A DNA stretch of 61,446 nucleotides from Clostridiaceae bacterium DTU059 (GTDB lineage: Bacteria > Bacillota > Clostridia > DSM-8532): positions 2,695 to 64,140 of the forward strand of contig LFSK01000156.1 in NCBI GenBank assembly GCA_001512555.1, given 5' to 3'. How positions within the stretch are numbered: the stretch's first letter is position 1; each line of letters begins with the position of its first letter. The notes beneath the pieces were generated by a model that saw nothing but the letters and a program-made list of their open reading frames with translations, was not told the origin of the DNA and made no database searches. The translations under genes and the position numbers were made by a program. Shown here one piece after another: positions 22,231 to 33,392 of this stretch.

Positions 22231-22305
22231 ATTTTAGCGTGCGAACGCGCCAGTTTGCATGCTTTGTGTTGTTGCCAATTTTATCTGAATCCGGAGGCGT
22301 GTATA

Positions 22306-22563
22306 ATGCTTGATGCATTAAAACGAATGGATAAGGTTATCGGCATTAAGGAAGCCCGAAAAGCGGCTGAGGCCAACAGGCTTGAATCACTGATTGTCGC
22401 AAACGACGCGGATTTACGTGTGGTTGGTCAGTTGAAGCAGCTCTGTGAACAGCAGGGGATTCCCGTTCATATGGCTGATTCCATGAAACAACTGGGAAAG
22501 GCAGCCGGTATAGACGTTGGCGCGTCAGTGGTGGGTATTTTGGCGGAGCAAAAGGAAAATTAA
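22306..22563 (+). CDS. L7Ae-family RNA-binding protein (YbxF-like)
   Basis: VIGIKEARKA, VANDAD, MKQLGKAAGIDVGAS; directly upstream of rpsL. Confidence 0.9.
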   Translation: MLDALKRMDKVIGIKEARKAAEANRLESLIVANDADLRVVGQLKQLCEQQGIPVHMADSMKQLGKAAGIDVGASVVGILAEQKEN

Positions 22564-22615
22564 CGTTAATCGTTAATTTTATAGATTTAACAAAGGGTAT
22601 AGGAGGTGAGAATGA

Positions 22616-23026
22616 ATGCCAACTTTTAATCAACTGGTGAGGAAGAACAGGAAGAAGGTAACCTACAAATCCAATTCACCGGCTCTTCAGGTGGGTATGA
22701 ACACCCTGAAGAAGAAGCATGTAGCATTGAGCAGCCCCCAGAAGCGCGGAGTATGCACGGTGGTTAAGACCATCACACCGAAAAAGCCGAATTCTGCTCT
22801 TCGTAAGGTTGCGAGAGTTCGTTTGACAAATGGTATTGAAGTATCTGCTTACATTCCCGGTATTGGTCACAACCTCCAGGAACACAGTGTTGTTTTGATA
22901 AGAGGTGGCCGTGTGAAGGATCTGCCTGGCGTAAGATACCACATCATCAGGGGAACGCTTGATACCGGCGGTGTGGCTAACCGCAAGCAGGCCCGTTCCA
23001 AATACGGCGCCAAGAGAGGTAAGTAA
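22616..23026 (+). CDS. rpsL: 30S ribosomal protein S12
   Basis: [30 protein letters not shown]. Confidence 0.99.
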   Translation: MPTFNQLVRKNRKKVTYKSNSPALQVGMNTLKKKHVALSSPQKRGVCTVVKTITPKKPNSALRKVARVRLTNGIEVSAYIPGIGHNLQEHSVVLIRGGRVKDLPGVRYHIIRGTLDTGGVANRKQARSKYGAKRGK

Positions 23027-23260
23027 GTGACTTACTTCATGCAACCGTTAGAAATTTGAATACAGGACGAATCGACGTGCGAAAACGTTGTTATCATATA
23101 TATAGTTAGTTTGGCATTCCGCCTGGGTAGTGCAAGCGGGCGACCGTTGACGGCAAGTCCTGCTGGCCATGGTTGCAAAGGCACACCAAACCCTATATCT
23201 ATGCTTTAACTGACGAAACGCACTGACGTACCCGAATGGTTTCGGGACGAGTACCTGTGA

Positions 23261-23776
<516 letters not shown>

Positions 23777-23825
23777 TGAATCAATGCAGCACACTACGCA
23801 CTACTAAGTCGAAAGGAGGATATCG

Positions 23826-25907
23826 ATGAACAGAGAATACTCCCTGGAGAATACAAGGAACATCGGTATTATGGCACACATCGATGCAGGAAAAACCACC
23901 ACAACAGAAAGAATCCTGTTTTACACAGGGCGTTCACATAAACTCGGAGAGACTCATGAAGGCTCCGCCACCATGGACTGGATGGAACAAGAGCAGGAAA
24001 GAGGCATCACTATTACTTCTGCCGCTACCACTGCTTATTGGAAGCATTGTAGAATAAACATCATAGATACGCCCGGGCATGTTGACTTCACTGTTGAGGT
24101 TGAGCGTTCCCTGCGCGTTCTGGATGGATCGGTAACTGTTTTCTGCGCAAAGGGGGGGGTTGAGCCCCAGACCGAAACCGTTTGGAGGCAGGCTGACAAG
24201 TATGGCGTGCCGCGTATGGCCTATGTCAACAAGATGGACATAATGGGCGCGGATTTCTTCAATTGCGTTCAGATGATGAGGGACCGGCTTCATACCAATG
24301 CTGTACCCATTCAGCTCCCCATAGGCAAGGAAGACCATTTTGAGGGCATTGTAGATCTTGTGAAAAACAAGGGTTACATCTACAGGGACGACCTGGGCAA
24401 GCAGATTGATGAAGTGGATATTCCGGAAAACATGAAAGATCTGGTGGAAGAATACCGCCTGAAAATGATTGAGGCTATAGCTGAGCTTGATGAGGATCTG
24501 CTCAATAAGTATCTTGAAGGAGAAGAACTCACTGAGGATGAACTGAAAGCAGGTATCAGGAAGGCGACCATTGCCAATGTCATGGTACCAGTAACCTGTG
24601 GTTCATCCTACAAGAACAAGGGTGTTCAGAAGCTTCTGGACTGTGTTGTGGATTATATGCCGTCGCCGGTGGATATACCGGCCATAAAGGGCGTAAGACC
24701 CGGCACAGAAGAAGAGGAGGAAATGCCCTCCAGCGATGAAGCTCCCTTTTCAGCTCTGGCTTTCAAGATCATGACCGATCCCTTTGTGGGCAGGCTGGCC
24801 TTCTTCCGCGTATATTCAGGAACCCTGGACGCAGGATCCCATGTCTACAACTCCACGAAAGACAAGCGTGAGAGGATCGGACGAATTCTTCTCATGCATG
24901 CCAACCATCGGCAGGAAGTGGAAAGGGTTTTTGCGGGAGATATAGCGGCCGCTGTTGGATTAAAGAATACCAGCACAGGCGATACCCTTTGTTCGGAAGA
25001 GCATCCCATCATTCTGGAATCCATGGTGTTTCCTGAGCCGGTTATAAACATTGCCATAGAACCCAAGACAAAGGCTGGCCAGGAGAAAATGGGCATTGCC
25101 CTGCAGAAGCTGGCTGAAGAGGATCCCACGTTCAGAGTTACCACAGATGCTGAAACCGGGCAGACCATTATTGCAGGTATGGGTGAACTCCATCTGGAGA
25201 TCATCGTAGATCGCCTGCTCCGTGAGTTTAAGGTGGAGGCTAATGTGGGCAAGCCGCAGGTATCCTACAAGGAAACCATCCGTAAGGCGGTTAAGTCCGA
25301 AGGTAAGTTCGTGCGGCAGTCCGGCGGCAGAGGCCAGTACGGTCACTGCTGGATTGAACTGGAACCCCTGGAATCCGGCAAGGGTTATGAATTCGTCAAT
25401 AAGATTGTTGGCGGTGTGATACCCAAGGAATATATTCCTGCCATCGACGCGGGCATACGGGATGCCATGAACAGCGGTGTTATCGCTGGCTATCAGGTTC
25501 TTGACGTACGTGTCACCGTGTTTGACGGATCCTATCATGAGGTTGACTCTTCTGAATTGGCATTCAAGATTGCCGGTTCAATGGCATTCAAGGAAGGCAT
25601 GAAAAAGGCCGATCCTGTGTTGCTTGAGCCCATCATGAAGGTGGATGTCCAGACTCCCGATGATTATCTGGGAGATGTTATAGGAGACCTAAACTCCCGC
25701 CGCGGCCGGATCGAAGGTATGGAGGCCCGTTCGGGCGGGCACAGCGTACATGCGTTCGTGCCTCTGTCAGAGATGTTCGGATATGCAACAGATCTGAGAT
25801 CCCGTACCCAGGGACGCGCTACCTACACCATGTCGCCCTCACACTATGCGGAGGTTCCCAAGAGTTTGCAGGAAACGCTTACAGAGGGTCGCAAGGCAGG
25901 AAGCTAA
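23826..25907 (+). CDS. fusA: Elongation factor G
   Basis: [19 protein letters not shown], 693 aa. Confidence 0.99.
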   Translation: MNREYSLENTRNIGIMAHIDAGKTTTTERILFYTGRSHKLGETHEGSATMDWMEQEQERGITITSAATTAYWKHCRINIIDTPGHVDFTVEVERSLRVLDGSVTVFCAKGGVEPQTETVWRQADKYGVPRMAYVNKMDIMGADFFNCVQMMRDRLHTNAVPIQLPIGKEDHFEGIVDLVKNKGYIYRDDLGKQIDEVDIPENMKDLVEEYRLKMIEAIAELDEDLLNKYLEGEELTEDELKAGIRKATIANVMVPVTCGSSYKNKGVQKLLDCVVDYMPSPVDIPAIKGVRPGTEEEEEMPSSDEAPFSALAFKIMTDPFVGRLAFFRVYSGTLDAGSHVYNSTKDKRERIGRILLMHANHRQEVERVFAGDIAAAVGLKNTSTGDTLCSEEHPIILESMVFPEPVINIAIEPKTKAGQEKMGIALQKLAEEDPTFRVTTDAETGQTIIAGMGELHLEIIVDRLLREFKVEANVGKPQVSYKETIRKAVKSEGKFVRQSGGRGQYGHCWIELEPLESGKGYEFVNKIVGGVIPKEYIPAIDAGIRDAMNSGVIAGYQVLDVRVTVFDGSYHEVDSSELAFKIAGSMAFKEGMKKADPVLLEPIMKVDVQTPDDYLGDVIGDLNSRRGRIEGMEARSGGHSVHAFVPLSEMFGYATDLRSRTQGRATYTMSPSHYAEVPKSLQETLTEGRKAGS

Positions 25908-25973
25908 AGCCTGAGTTCCGGCTATCCTTAGGGATGAGCCGATGCGCCGGTGTTTTGCTAAAGCTTAAAGCTA

Positions 25974-26002
25974 TTGAATTAATAAGTCAAAAATTATATA
26001 AT
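25974..26002 (+). promoter_or_regulatory. Internal tuf promoter
   Basis: ttgaat-N17-tataat. Confidence 0.7.
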
Positions 26003-26043
26003 CTTGAATCATCAGCGATTCAATGAAGGAGGTTTATTAAGAA

Positions 26044-27249
26044 ATGGGAAAGGCTAAATTTGAACGTACAAAACCCCATGTAAACATTGGTACAATAGGA
26101 CACGTTGACCATGGTAAGACAACTCTTACCGCTGCTATCACCAAGGTTCTGGCTCTTGCTGACACAACTGTTGAAGTGAAAGACTATACCGCTATCGACT
26201 CTGCCCCGGAGGAAAGGGAAAGAGGTATCACCATCAACACATCCCACGTTGAGTATCAGACAGAAAACCGTCACTATGCTCACGTTGACTGTCCCGGACA
26301 CGCCGACTATGTTAAGAACATGATCACCGGCGCCGCACAGATGGATGGCGCGATCCTCGTTGTTTCCGCTGCTGACGGCCCCATGCCGCAAACCCGTGAG
26401 CACATTCTTCTTTCCCACCAGGTTGGTGTTCCGAGGATTGTTGTTTTCCTGAACAAGTGTGATATGGTTGACGACGAAGAGCTTCTTGAGCTCGTTGAGA
26501 TGGAACTCCGTGATCTTCTGAGCCAGTACAACTTCCCTGGCGACGAGGTTCCCATTATCAGGGGTTCTGCTCTTGAGGTTCTTGAGTGCGATTCCACAGA
26601 TCCCAGTGATCCTAAGTATGCCTGCATCCATGAGCTCATGAAGGCTGTTGACGAATATATTCCCACACCTCAGCGTGCTACAGACCTTCCTTTCCTCATG
26701 CCTGTTGAGGACGTATTCTCCATCACCGGCCGTGGTACCGTTGCTACCGGTAGGGTTGAGAGAGGTACTGTTAAGGTAGGCGACGAGGTCGAGATCGTCG
26801 GTCTCAGAGATGAGGCAAGAAAGACCACCGTTACCGGTGTTGAAATGTTCAGAAAGCTTCTGGATCAGGCTGTTGCAGGCGACAATATCGGTGCACTTCT
26901 CCGCGGTATCCAGAGAACAGAAATCGAGAGAGGACAGGTTCTTGCAAAGCCTGGCAGCATCACACCTCACACAAAGTTCACAGCTGAGGTTTACGTACTG
27001 ACCGCTGCTGAAGGTGGCCGTTCCAAGCCCTTCTTCTCCGGCTACAGACCTCAGTTCTACTTCAGAACCACCGACGTTACAGGCAACATCAAGCTCCCTG
27101 AGGGCGTAGAGATGTGCATGCCTGGCGACAGAACCACATTGACCGTTGAGCTGATCACTCCCATCGCCATGGAAAAGGGTCTTACCTTCGCTATCCGTGA
27201 AGGCGGACGTACTGTTGGTGCTGGCGTTGTTGCCGATGTGGAGAAATAA
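26044..27249 (+). CDS. tuf: Elongation factor Tu
   Basis: [28 protein letters not shown]. Confidence 0.99.
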   Translation: MGKAKFERTKPHVNIGTIGHVDHGKTTLTAAITKVLALADTTVEVKDYTAIDSAPEERERGITINTSHVEYQTENRHYAHVDCPGHADYVKNMITGAAQMDGAILVVSAADGPMPQTREHILLSHQVGVPRIVVFLNKCDMVDDEELLELVEMELRDLLSQYNFPGDEVPIIRGSALEVLECDSTDPSDPKYACIHELMKAVDEYIPTPQRATDLPFLMPVEDVFSITGRGTVATGRVERGTVKVGDEVEIVGLRDEARKTTVTGVEMFRKLLDQAVAGDNIGALLRGIQRTEIERGQVLAKPGSITPHTKFTAEVYVLTAAEGGRSKPFFSGYRPQFYFRTTDVTGNIKLPEGVEMCMPGDRTTLTVELITPIAMEKGLTFAIREGGRTVGAGVVADVEK

Positions 27250-27282
27250 TCGGATCTGGCTGACAGAATAAGGTTTATTACT

Positions 27283-27312
27283 AAAGGAGGAGATTTCGGT
27301 CTCCTCCTTTTT
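27283..27312 (+). terminator. Terminator after tuf
   Basis: aaaggaggaga-tttcgg-tctcctccttt followed by a T run. Confidence 0.85.
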
Positions 27313-27579
27313 GCGCCTTACGGCAAATGGTTTAATTTCCCGTAAGGCGCAAACCCCTGAGATGTACTTGGCATTTGACTTTGGTCCTGGGGTTCTCTGA
27401 TGGATAGATTCCGACTGTTTCCGGGGTGGGGTCGCAGGGAAGATATTAATCAAGAGTCTCTTATACTTATGGCTAAGGTTGGCCAGCCGGAAGTCTGTCG
27501 GCTTTGGAGCTAAATAAAGGTGTGGGTTGCGGTACTTTATAAGTAAAGCAAACGGGTGCTGATTTGGCAAAAGAAACAT

Positions 27580-27608
27580 TTGAATTACAGGATATCGGCC
27601 TTTATAAT
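27580..27608 (+). promoter_or_regulatory. SigA promoter of lon
   Basis: ttgaat-N17-tataat. Confidence 0.65.
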
Positions 27609-27660
27609 AGGGATAGCCAAGGGGTAAGAGGCCTTACGGCAACGAAAGGATGATGCTGCA

Positions 27661-30078
27661 ATGGCACAGGTTAAAGACAAGAATGCAAGACATATGCCGC
27701 TTATTCCATTGAGAGGAATCGTGGTTTATCCCCATATGATACTGCACTTCGACGTAGGCAGGATTAAATCAATCAAGGCAATTGAGGAATCCATGCTGGA
27801 AGAGCAGCTTATTTTTCTTGTGGCTCAGAGGGATCCAAACATAGAGGATCCAGAGCCCGAAGATATATACGCATACGGTACCATAGCCAAGATCAAACAG
27901 CTTTTGAGGCTTCCCGGAGATACCATCAGAGTGCTGGTTGAGGGTATTGGACGTGCAAAGCTTTCCGAACTGGTTCAGACCGAGCCTTTCTATATGGCAA
28001 AGATCAAGCCTGTAAAGGTCTACTCCATACGCAGCGGGAAGACCGATATTGAGGCACTGGCAAGGCAGGTTGTTGAGCACTTTGAGCAGTATGCCAAGCT
28101 CTCCGGCAAGATATCACCGGACGCCACCCTTTCAATTACTGCCATTGACGATTTAACCCGCTTGCCGGACATTATTGCATCCAATCTGTCCATAGCCGTT
28201 GAACTCAAACAGAGCATTCTTGAAGAGCTGTCGCCCAAGAAGAGACTTGAGAGGATTCTGGACATACTTGTGCATGAAAATGAGATTCTTGAAATAGAGA
28301 AAAACATCAGCACCAAGGTCAGGCAGCAGATCGACAAGAACCAGAGGGAGTATTACCTGAGGGAACAGCTCAAGGCCATCCAGAGGGAATTAGGCGAAAG
28401 TGAGGGCCTGTCTTCTGAAGTGGAGGAATACAGGGAAAGAATACTAAAGGCGGATCTTCCGGAAGAAGTGAGAAATAAGGCCATGAAGGAAGTGGACCGC
28501 CTCTCCCGCATGCATTCTACATCTGCGGAGAGCGGGGTCATAAGGACATACCTGGATACCATCCTTGAGCTTCCATGGAACCAAAAGACCGATGAACGCC
28601 TTGACCTCCAGTATGCAGCTGAGATTCTGGACAGGGATCATTATGGTCTGTCCAAGGTAAAGGAAAGGATTTTGGAATATCTTTCTGTCAGAAAGCTCCG
28701 CAACGGGCTCCACGGTCCTATTATCTGCCTGGCGGGACCTCCGGGGGTTGGCAAGACTTCAATTGCCAGATCCATTGCCGAGTCCCTGAACCGGAATTAT
28801 GTCAGGATGTCGCTGGGAGGCGTGAGGGACGAAGCCGAAATACGCGGGCACAGAAGAACCTATGTAGGATCCATGCCTGGACGTATCATAAATGCCCTGA
28901 GGCAGGCCGGCTCCAGCAACCCTCTCATCCTGATGGATGAGATCGATAAGATGTCCAGTGATTTCCGGGGGGACCCTGCATCTGCTCTATTGGAGGTTTT
29001 GGACTCCGAGCAGAACAAGGATTTCAGGGATCATTATCTGGAGTTGCCTTTTGATCTTTCCGATGTGATGTTCATCACAACGGCAAATTATAAGGAAGCC
29101 ATCCCACAGCCACTTTTGGATCGTATGGAGGTCATTGATATTTCCGGGTACACCGAGGATGAGAAGGTGTGTATTGCATCCCGCCATTTAATACCCAAGC
29201 AGCTGGCTGCCCATGGTCTGGACGGATCGAAGGTTCGCTTTGATGAGTCAGGCATTCGGGAGATTGTAGTGCACTATACCCGTGAAGCCGGCGTGAGAAA
29301 CCTGGAACGAAACATTGCAACTGTGATGAGAAAGGCAGCCAAACTGCTGGTCTCTGGTGAAAGGAAGATGGTCAGGATTACCCCAAGGACGATCAAGAAC
29401 TACCTTGGCGGAAGGAAATATCTGTATGATGTAGCCAATGAGGTTGATGAAGTGGGTATTGTGCGCGGCCTGGCATGGACTCCTGTTGGAGGGGACACCA
29501 TGGCAATCGAGGTGAATATCATGCCTGGCGAGGGCATGCTTGAACTCACGGGCCAACTGGGTGATGTGATGAAGGAGTCTGCCCGGATAGCCCGAAGCTA
29601 TATCCGGTCTGTGGCAGATCACTATGGAATCGATGCAGGCTTCCATAAGATTTTTGACATGCATATCCATGTGCCTGAAGGCGCAATACCCAAGGATGGC
29701 CCATCAGCCGGAATCACACTTGCAACCGCTATGATGTCGGCGATCTCCGGTATCCCTGTAAGAAGGAATGTGGCTATGACCGGTGAAATAACATTGAGAG
29801 GCAGGGTTCTGCCGATAGGCGGGCTGAAGGAGAAGGTGCTCGCTGCTCACAGGGCCGGTGTGAATGAGGTACTGATGCCTAAGGAAAATGTCAAGGATAT
29901 TGAAGAGATACCTGAGAATATCAGACAGACGATCAAACTCACTCCGGTATCCCACATGGATGAAGTGTTTAAACTTGCACTGGTTCGCATGCCTGAAGGC
30001 CCTACCGAGAAGAAGATGCCAAATATGGTGGACATGGCGCAGGCTGCTGATGAAGCCGCTGTGAGTATCGAACAGTGA
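27661..30078 (+). CDS. lon: ATP-dependent protease La (LonA)
   Basis: LON N-domain, [21 protein letters not shown] catalytic Ser. Confidence 0.98.
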   Translation: MAQVKDKNARHMPLIPLRGIVVYPHMILHFDVGRIKSIKAIEESMLEEQLIFLVAQRDPNIEDPEPEDIYAYGTIAKIKQLLRLPGDTIRVLVEGIGRAKLSELVQTEPFYMAKIKPVKVYSIRSGKTDIEALARQVVEHFEQYAKLSGKISPDATLSITAIDDLTRLPDIIASNLSIAVELKQSILEELSPKKRLERILDILVHENEILEIEKNISTKVRQQIDKNQREYYLREQLKAIQRELGESEGLSSEVEEYRERILKADLPEEVRNKAMKEVDRLSRMHSTSAESGVIRTYLDTILELPWNQKTDERLDLQYAAEILDRDHYGLSKVKERILEYLSVRKLRNGLHGPIICLAGPPGVGKTSIARSIAESLNRNYVRMSLGGVRDEAEIRGHRRTYVGSMPGRIINALRQAGSSNPLILMDEIDKMSSDFRGDPASALLEVLDSEQNKDFRDHYLELPFDLSDVMFITTANYKEAIPQPLLDRMEVIDISGYTEDEKVCIASRHLIPKQLAAHGLDGSKVRFDESGIREIVVHYTREAGVRNLERNIATVMRKAAKLLVSGERKMVRITPRTIKNYLGGRKYLYDVANEVDEVGIVRGLAWTPVGGDTMAIEVNIMPGEGMLELTGQLGDVMKESARIARSYIRSVADHYGIDAGFHKIFDMHIHVPEGAIPKDGPSAGITLATAMMSAISGIPVRRNVAMTGEITLRGRVLPIGGLKEKVLAAHRAGVNEVLMPKENVKDIEEIPENIRQTIKLTPVSHMDEVFKLALVRMPEGPTEKKMPNMVDMAQAADEAAVSIEQ

Positions 30079-30125
30079 TTTTTGGCGGATACTTCGCTGG
30101 ATATAAAGAATTATGCTATAATATG

Positions 30126-30154
30126 TGCAGGCTTTTTTCAAAAGCCTGCATTTT
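30126..30154 (+). terminator. Terminator after lon
   Basis: tgcaggcttt..aaagcctgca-tttt. Confidence 0.7.
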
Positions 30155-30201
30155 CTTTACTGATAACAAAGCAAGCGTGAGGGAATAATTTGGAGGAATA
30201 A

Positions 30202-31383
30202 ATGCTAATATTAAAGAACGCAAAGATCTATACAATGGCAGGTGCCCGGTACGATAAAGGATATGTTACCTGCGACGGGGGTAAAATTGTTGCCATCGGA
30301 TCCATGGAGGATTGCCCGAAAGCGGGAAAGGACGATCAGGAGATTGATGCAGCAGGTATGGTGCTCATGCCCGGACTGGTGGATGCCCATTGCCATATCG
30401 GCATGGTGGAAGATGCCATGGGCTTTGAGGGGGATGATGTAAATGAGATGGCTGATCCCGTCACTCCCCATTTGCGCGCCATAGACGGTATCAACCAATA
30501 TGACAGAGCCTTCGAGGAGGCCAGGCAGTTCGGTGTTACCACAGTGGTAACCGGTCCCGGAAGTTCCAACGTTATTGGCGGGCAATTCACAGCTATCAAG
30601 ACATGGGGCAGAACGGTTGATGAGATGATTGTCAAGGATCCATGCGCCATGAAGATAGCTTTTGGTGAGAACCCCAAAACTGTTTACAATGAGAAGCATC
30701 AGGCTCCCACCACCCGGATGACAACGGCAGCCATACTGCGGGAGCAGCTCTTCAAGGCCAGAGAATATCTTGAAGCTAAAGAGGAGTACGAAAGGGATAG
30801 GGAAGAAAACGAGAAACCCGAATTCGATATGAAGCTTGAGGCTCTTTTACCGGTGATAAGGCGGGAACTGGTCGTGAAGGCACATGCCCACAGGGCTGAT
30901 GATATTGTGACAGCTATCAGAATTGCCAGAGAATTCAACCTTGATCTCACCCTGGATCATTGCACCGAGGGCTGGCTCATACCCGATGTACTTAAAGAAT
31001 GCGGATGTGATGTTATTGTAGGACCACTTCTTACCGACCGTTCCAAGATTGAGCTCAAAAACCAGTCCCTCAGGACTCCTGCGATCCTGGCGGACAGCGG
31101 GGTCAGAGTTTCTATCATGACCGATCATCCCTGCGTGCCTGTTCAGCATCTCATGCTATGTGCGGCTCTGACAGTTCGTGAGGGGATGGATAGTGAAGAG
31201 GCTCTTAAAGCTATAACCATCAATGCAGCCAGGGCTTGCCGTATTGATGACCGCGTCGGAAGCCTTGAGGTTGGAAAGGACGCTGACATGGTATTGTATA
31301 CAGGCCATCCTTTTGATTACATGACCAGGGTTTATATGACCATCATTAACGGAAAGATAGCATATACTCAGGAGAAAGGTTGA
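30202..31383 (+). CDS. Amidohydrolase family protein
   Basis: PGLVDAHCH, HAH, TDHP, GSLEVGKDAD. Confidence 0.9.
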   Translation: MLILKNAKIYTMAGARYDKGYVTCDGGKIVAIGSMEDCPKAGKDDQEIDAAGMVLMPGLVDAHCHIGMVEDAMGFEGDDVNEMADPVTPHLRAIDGINQYDRAFEEARQFGVTTVVTGPGSSNVIGGQFTAIKTWGRTVDEMIVKDPCAMKIAFGENPKTVYNEKHQAPTTRMTTAAILREQLFKAREYLEAKEEYERDREENEKPEFDMKLEALLPVIRRELVVKAHAHRADDIVTAIRIAREFNLDLTLDHCTEGWLIPDVLKECGCDVIVGPLLTDRSKIELKNQSLRTPAILADSGVRVSIMTDHPCVPVQHLMLCAALTVREGMDSEEALKAITINAARACRIDDRVGSLEVGKDADMVLYTGHPFDYMTRVYMTIINGKIAYTQEKG

Positions 31384-31386
31384 GCG

Positions 31387-31830
31387 ATGGGAAATATAAC
31401 CGAAAAGTATATCTCCTGTTCGGAGGAAGAGACCCATAATTTGGGCATACAGCTGGCACGCCTCATGGGACCGGGCACAACTGTGAGCCTGGAAGGCGAT
31501 CTGGGTGCTGGAAAAACTGCTCTGGTTAAGGGGATTGCCAAAGGTCTTGGTATTGAGGATACCATTACAAGCCCAACCTTCACCATTGTAAATACCTATG
31601 AGGGAGATATAAAGCTGCATCATTTTGATGTATACCGGATAGATGATCCTGAGGAGCTATATTATATCGGTTGGGATGAATACTTTAACACCAATGATGT
31701 TTGCATTGTTGAGTGGGGGGACAGGGTGCCCCAAATGCTTCCTGCGGATGCCATGCATATCAGGATCATGAGGGACCAAGCCCAGCTGAACAAAAGAACC
31801 ATCTTCTTGGAAAGGCAGGATCGATCATGA
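31387..31830 (+). CDS. tsaE: tRNA t6A biosynthesis ATPase TsaE
   Basis: GDLGAGKT, SPTF, HFDVYR, VEW. Confidence 0.96.
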   Translation: MGNITEKYISCSEEETHNLGIQLARLMGPGTTVSLEGDLGAGKTALVKGIAKGLGIEDTITSPTFTIVNTYEGDIKLHHFDVYRIDDPEELYYIGWDEYFNTNDVCIVEWGDRVPQMLPADAMHIRIMRDQAQLNKRTIFLERQDRS

Positions 31831-32525
31831 GAACTCTTGCTTTAGAAACAGCCAGTCTGACAGCCTCTGTTGCCGTTGTTGAAAACGGTCGTGTACTTGG
31901 AGAGCTGACGACTTCCCATGCGAAAACCCACTCTCAACAGCTTGTTCCCATGATCCAATCCCTGATGGAACTTCTTGATCTGAAGGCAGACCAGTTTGAC
32001 CTGTATGCAGCGTCCATAGGGCCTGGCTCCTTCACAGGCCTCAGGATCGGCATCGTGACGGCAAAGGGCATGGCTTATGCCCAAAAGAAACCGGTGTGCG
32101 GGATTCCCACATTGGATGCCCTTGCCTATTCGGTCAATGATTTCAACGGGGTCATCTGCCCTATGATGGATGCCAAAAACAATCAGGTCTATACGGCAGT
32201 TTACAGGAAGAATAATGGTGATTTCCGCCGTATCAGCGATTATTATGCCCTTCCCGTAATTGAGCTGGCAGGGATTCTGGCAGACTTTAGGGAAGAGATT
32301 CTTATCCTGGGGGATGGAGCGCCCCTTCATCATTCAACGGTAAAGAATGCAGTCAAATATCCGGTCTGGCAGGCCGATAAGGCACTGTTTCTTCCGAGAG
32401 CTGCCTGTACGGCACTTCTTGCAGAGAAACAGGCACAGTGCGGCACCATCTCAAGCCCCTTTGAACTTGAGCCACTCTATCTTAGAAAATCACAGGCAGA
32501 GCGTATGAGAGAATTGAATGCTTAG
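31827..32525 (+). CDS. tsaB: tRNA t6A biosynthesis protein TsaB
   Basis: LALETAS, GPGSFTGLRIG, EPLYLR. Confidence 0.96.
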   Translation: MRTLALETASLTASVAVVENGRVLGELTTSHAKTHSQQLVPMIQSLMELLDLKADQFDLYAASIGPGSFTGLRIGIVTAKGMAYAQKKPVCGIPTLDALAYSVNDFNGVICPMMDAKNNQVYTAVYRKNNGDFRRISDYYALPVIELAGILADFREEILILGDGAPLHHSTVKNAVKYPVWQADKALFLPRAACTALLAEKQAQCGTISSPFELEPLYLRKSQAERMRELNA

Positions 32526-32543
32526 CCCGGTGTGAGGTCCAAT

Positions 32544-32993
32544 ATGGATGAGCATATTATTATAAGGAAAATGCGTTATTCGGATCTGGACGATCTGGAG
32601 GCTGTGGAAAAAGCTTCATTCAGCGTGCCATGGACGAGGGGCATGCTGGAGGAAGAGTATTTCAATATCCGTGCCAGGTATCGAGTCATTGAATTCCGGG
32701 GTAATATTGCCGGATATATAGGCATGTGGCGAATAATGGATGAGGGGCATATCACAAATGTGGCGGTTCGTCCGGAATTCAGGAGGAAGGGATTTGCCAG
32801 GAAACTGCTGCAGGATCTCATAGATCATGCCAGAACCAGCGGCATTAAGTCCCTGACCCTGGAAGTCCGTGTCAGTAATCTTCCAGCCATCAGGCTTTAT
32901 GAGTCCTTTGGCTTTAAGGTTGAAGGGCGCAGAAAGCAGTATTATGCCGACAACAGGGAGGATGCGCTGATCATGTGGCTCAGGTTGGAGTGA
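32544..32993 (+). CDS. rimI: Ribosomal-protein-alanine N-acetyltransferase
   Basis: HITNVAV, LEVRVSN, RKQYY, EDALIM. Confidence 0.93.
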   Translation: MDEHIIIRKMRYSDLDDLEAVEKASFSVPWTRGMLEEEYFNIRARYRVIEFRGNIAGYIGMWRIMDEGHITNVAVRPEFRRKGFARKLLQDLIDHARTSGIKSLTLEVRVSNLPAIRLYESFGFKVEGRRKQYYADNREDALIMWLRLE

Positions 32994-33265
32994 GAAGTGA
33001 AGGCTCCAGTTTTTCACTTCCAACTTCCCACATCTCACACCCAGCATGTCATCGCGGGGTACCGCGGTATCTCATATCGCAAACTCATATATTGGAGATA
33101 AGAAGGTAGCCATTTCTTATTCCAAACTCTAATCTCTCACATCCCACATCTATTTTGCGAGATGGCTTCGTCGACTTCGTCTACTCACAATTGCATACTA
33201 GAAGTGAGAGGTGGGAGGAGAGAGGTACCTCTAATATGTCATGGGGAATTCTCACATCTCACTTC
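32984..33265. repeat. Composite cluster of heptamer inverted repeats and REP/RPE-like palindromes
   Basis: Purine heptamers (gtgagaa, gtgggag) facing complementary ctcacat/cccacat/tcacttc units; tgtcatcgcg..atctc (33047-33073) and an inverted degenerate copy (33159-33195). Confidence 0.7.
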
Positions 33266-33392
33266 ATTTGCATAATCATATTATTATATGTCTTTTATAG
33301 AATATAGGGGTTGTCCTTATAAAACACAATGTTTTGGACGGCTTTTTTTGAGGTAAACCATGAGCAGGAAATGTATGGGAGGAAGTGATGTT

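Noticed and set aside
26020-27579. 519-aa ORF antisense to tuf
   Set aside because: Shadow ORF caused by the codon bias of a highly expressed gene; no RBS or recognisable motif
32984-33265. CRISPR array or IS interpretation of the repeat cluster
   Set aside because: No equal-length direct repeats with unique spacers, no cas or transposase gene, no clear target-site duplication
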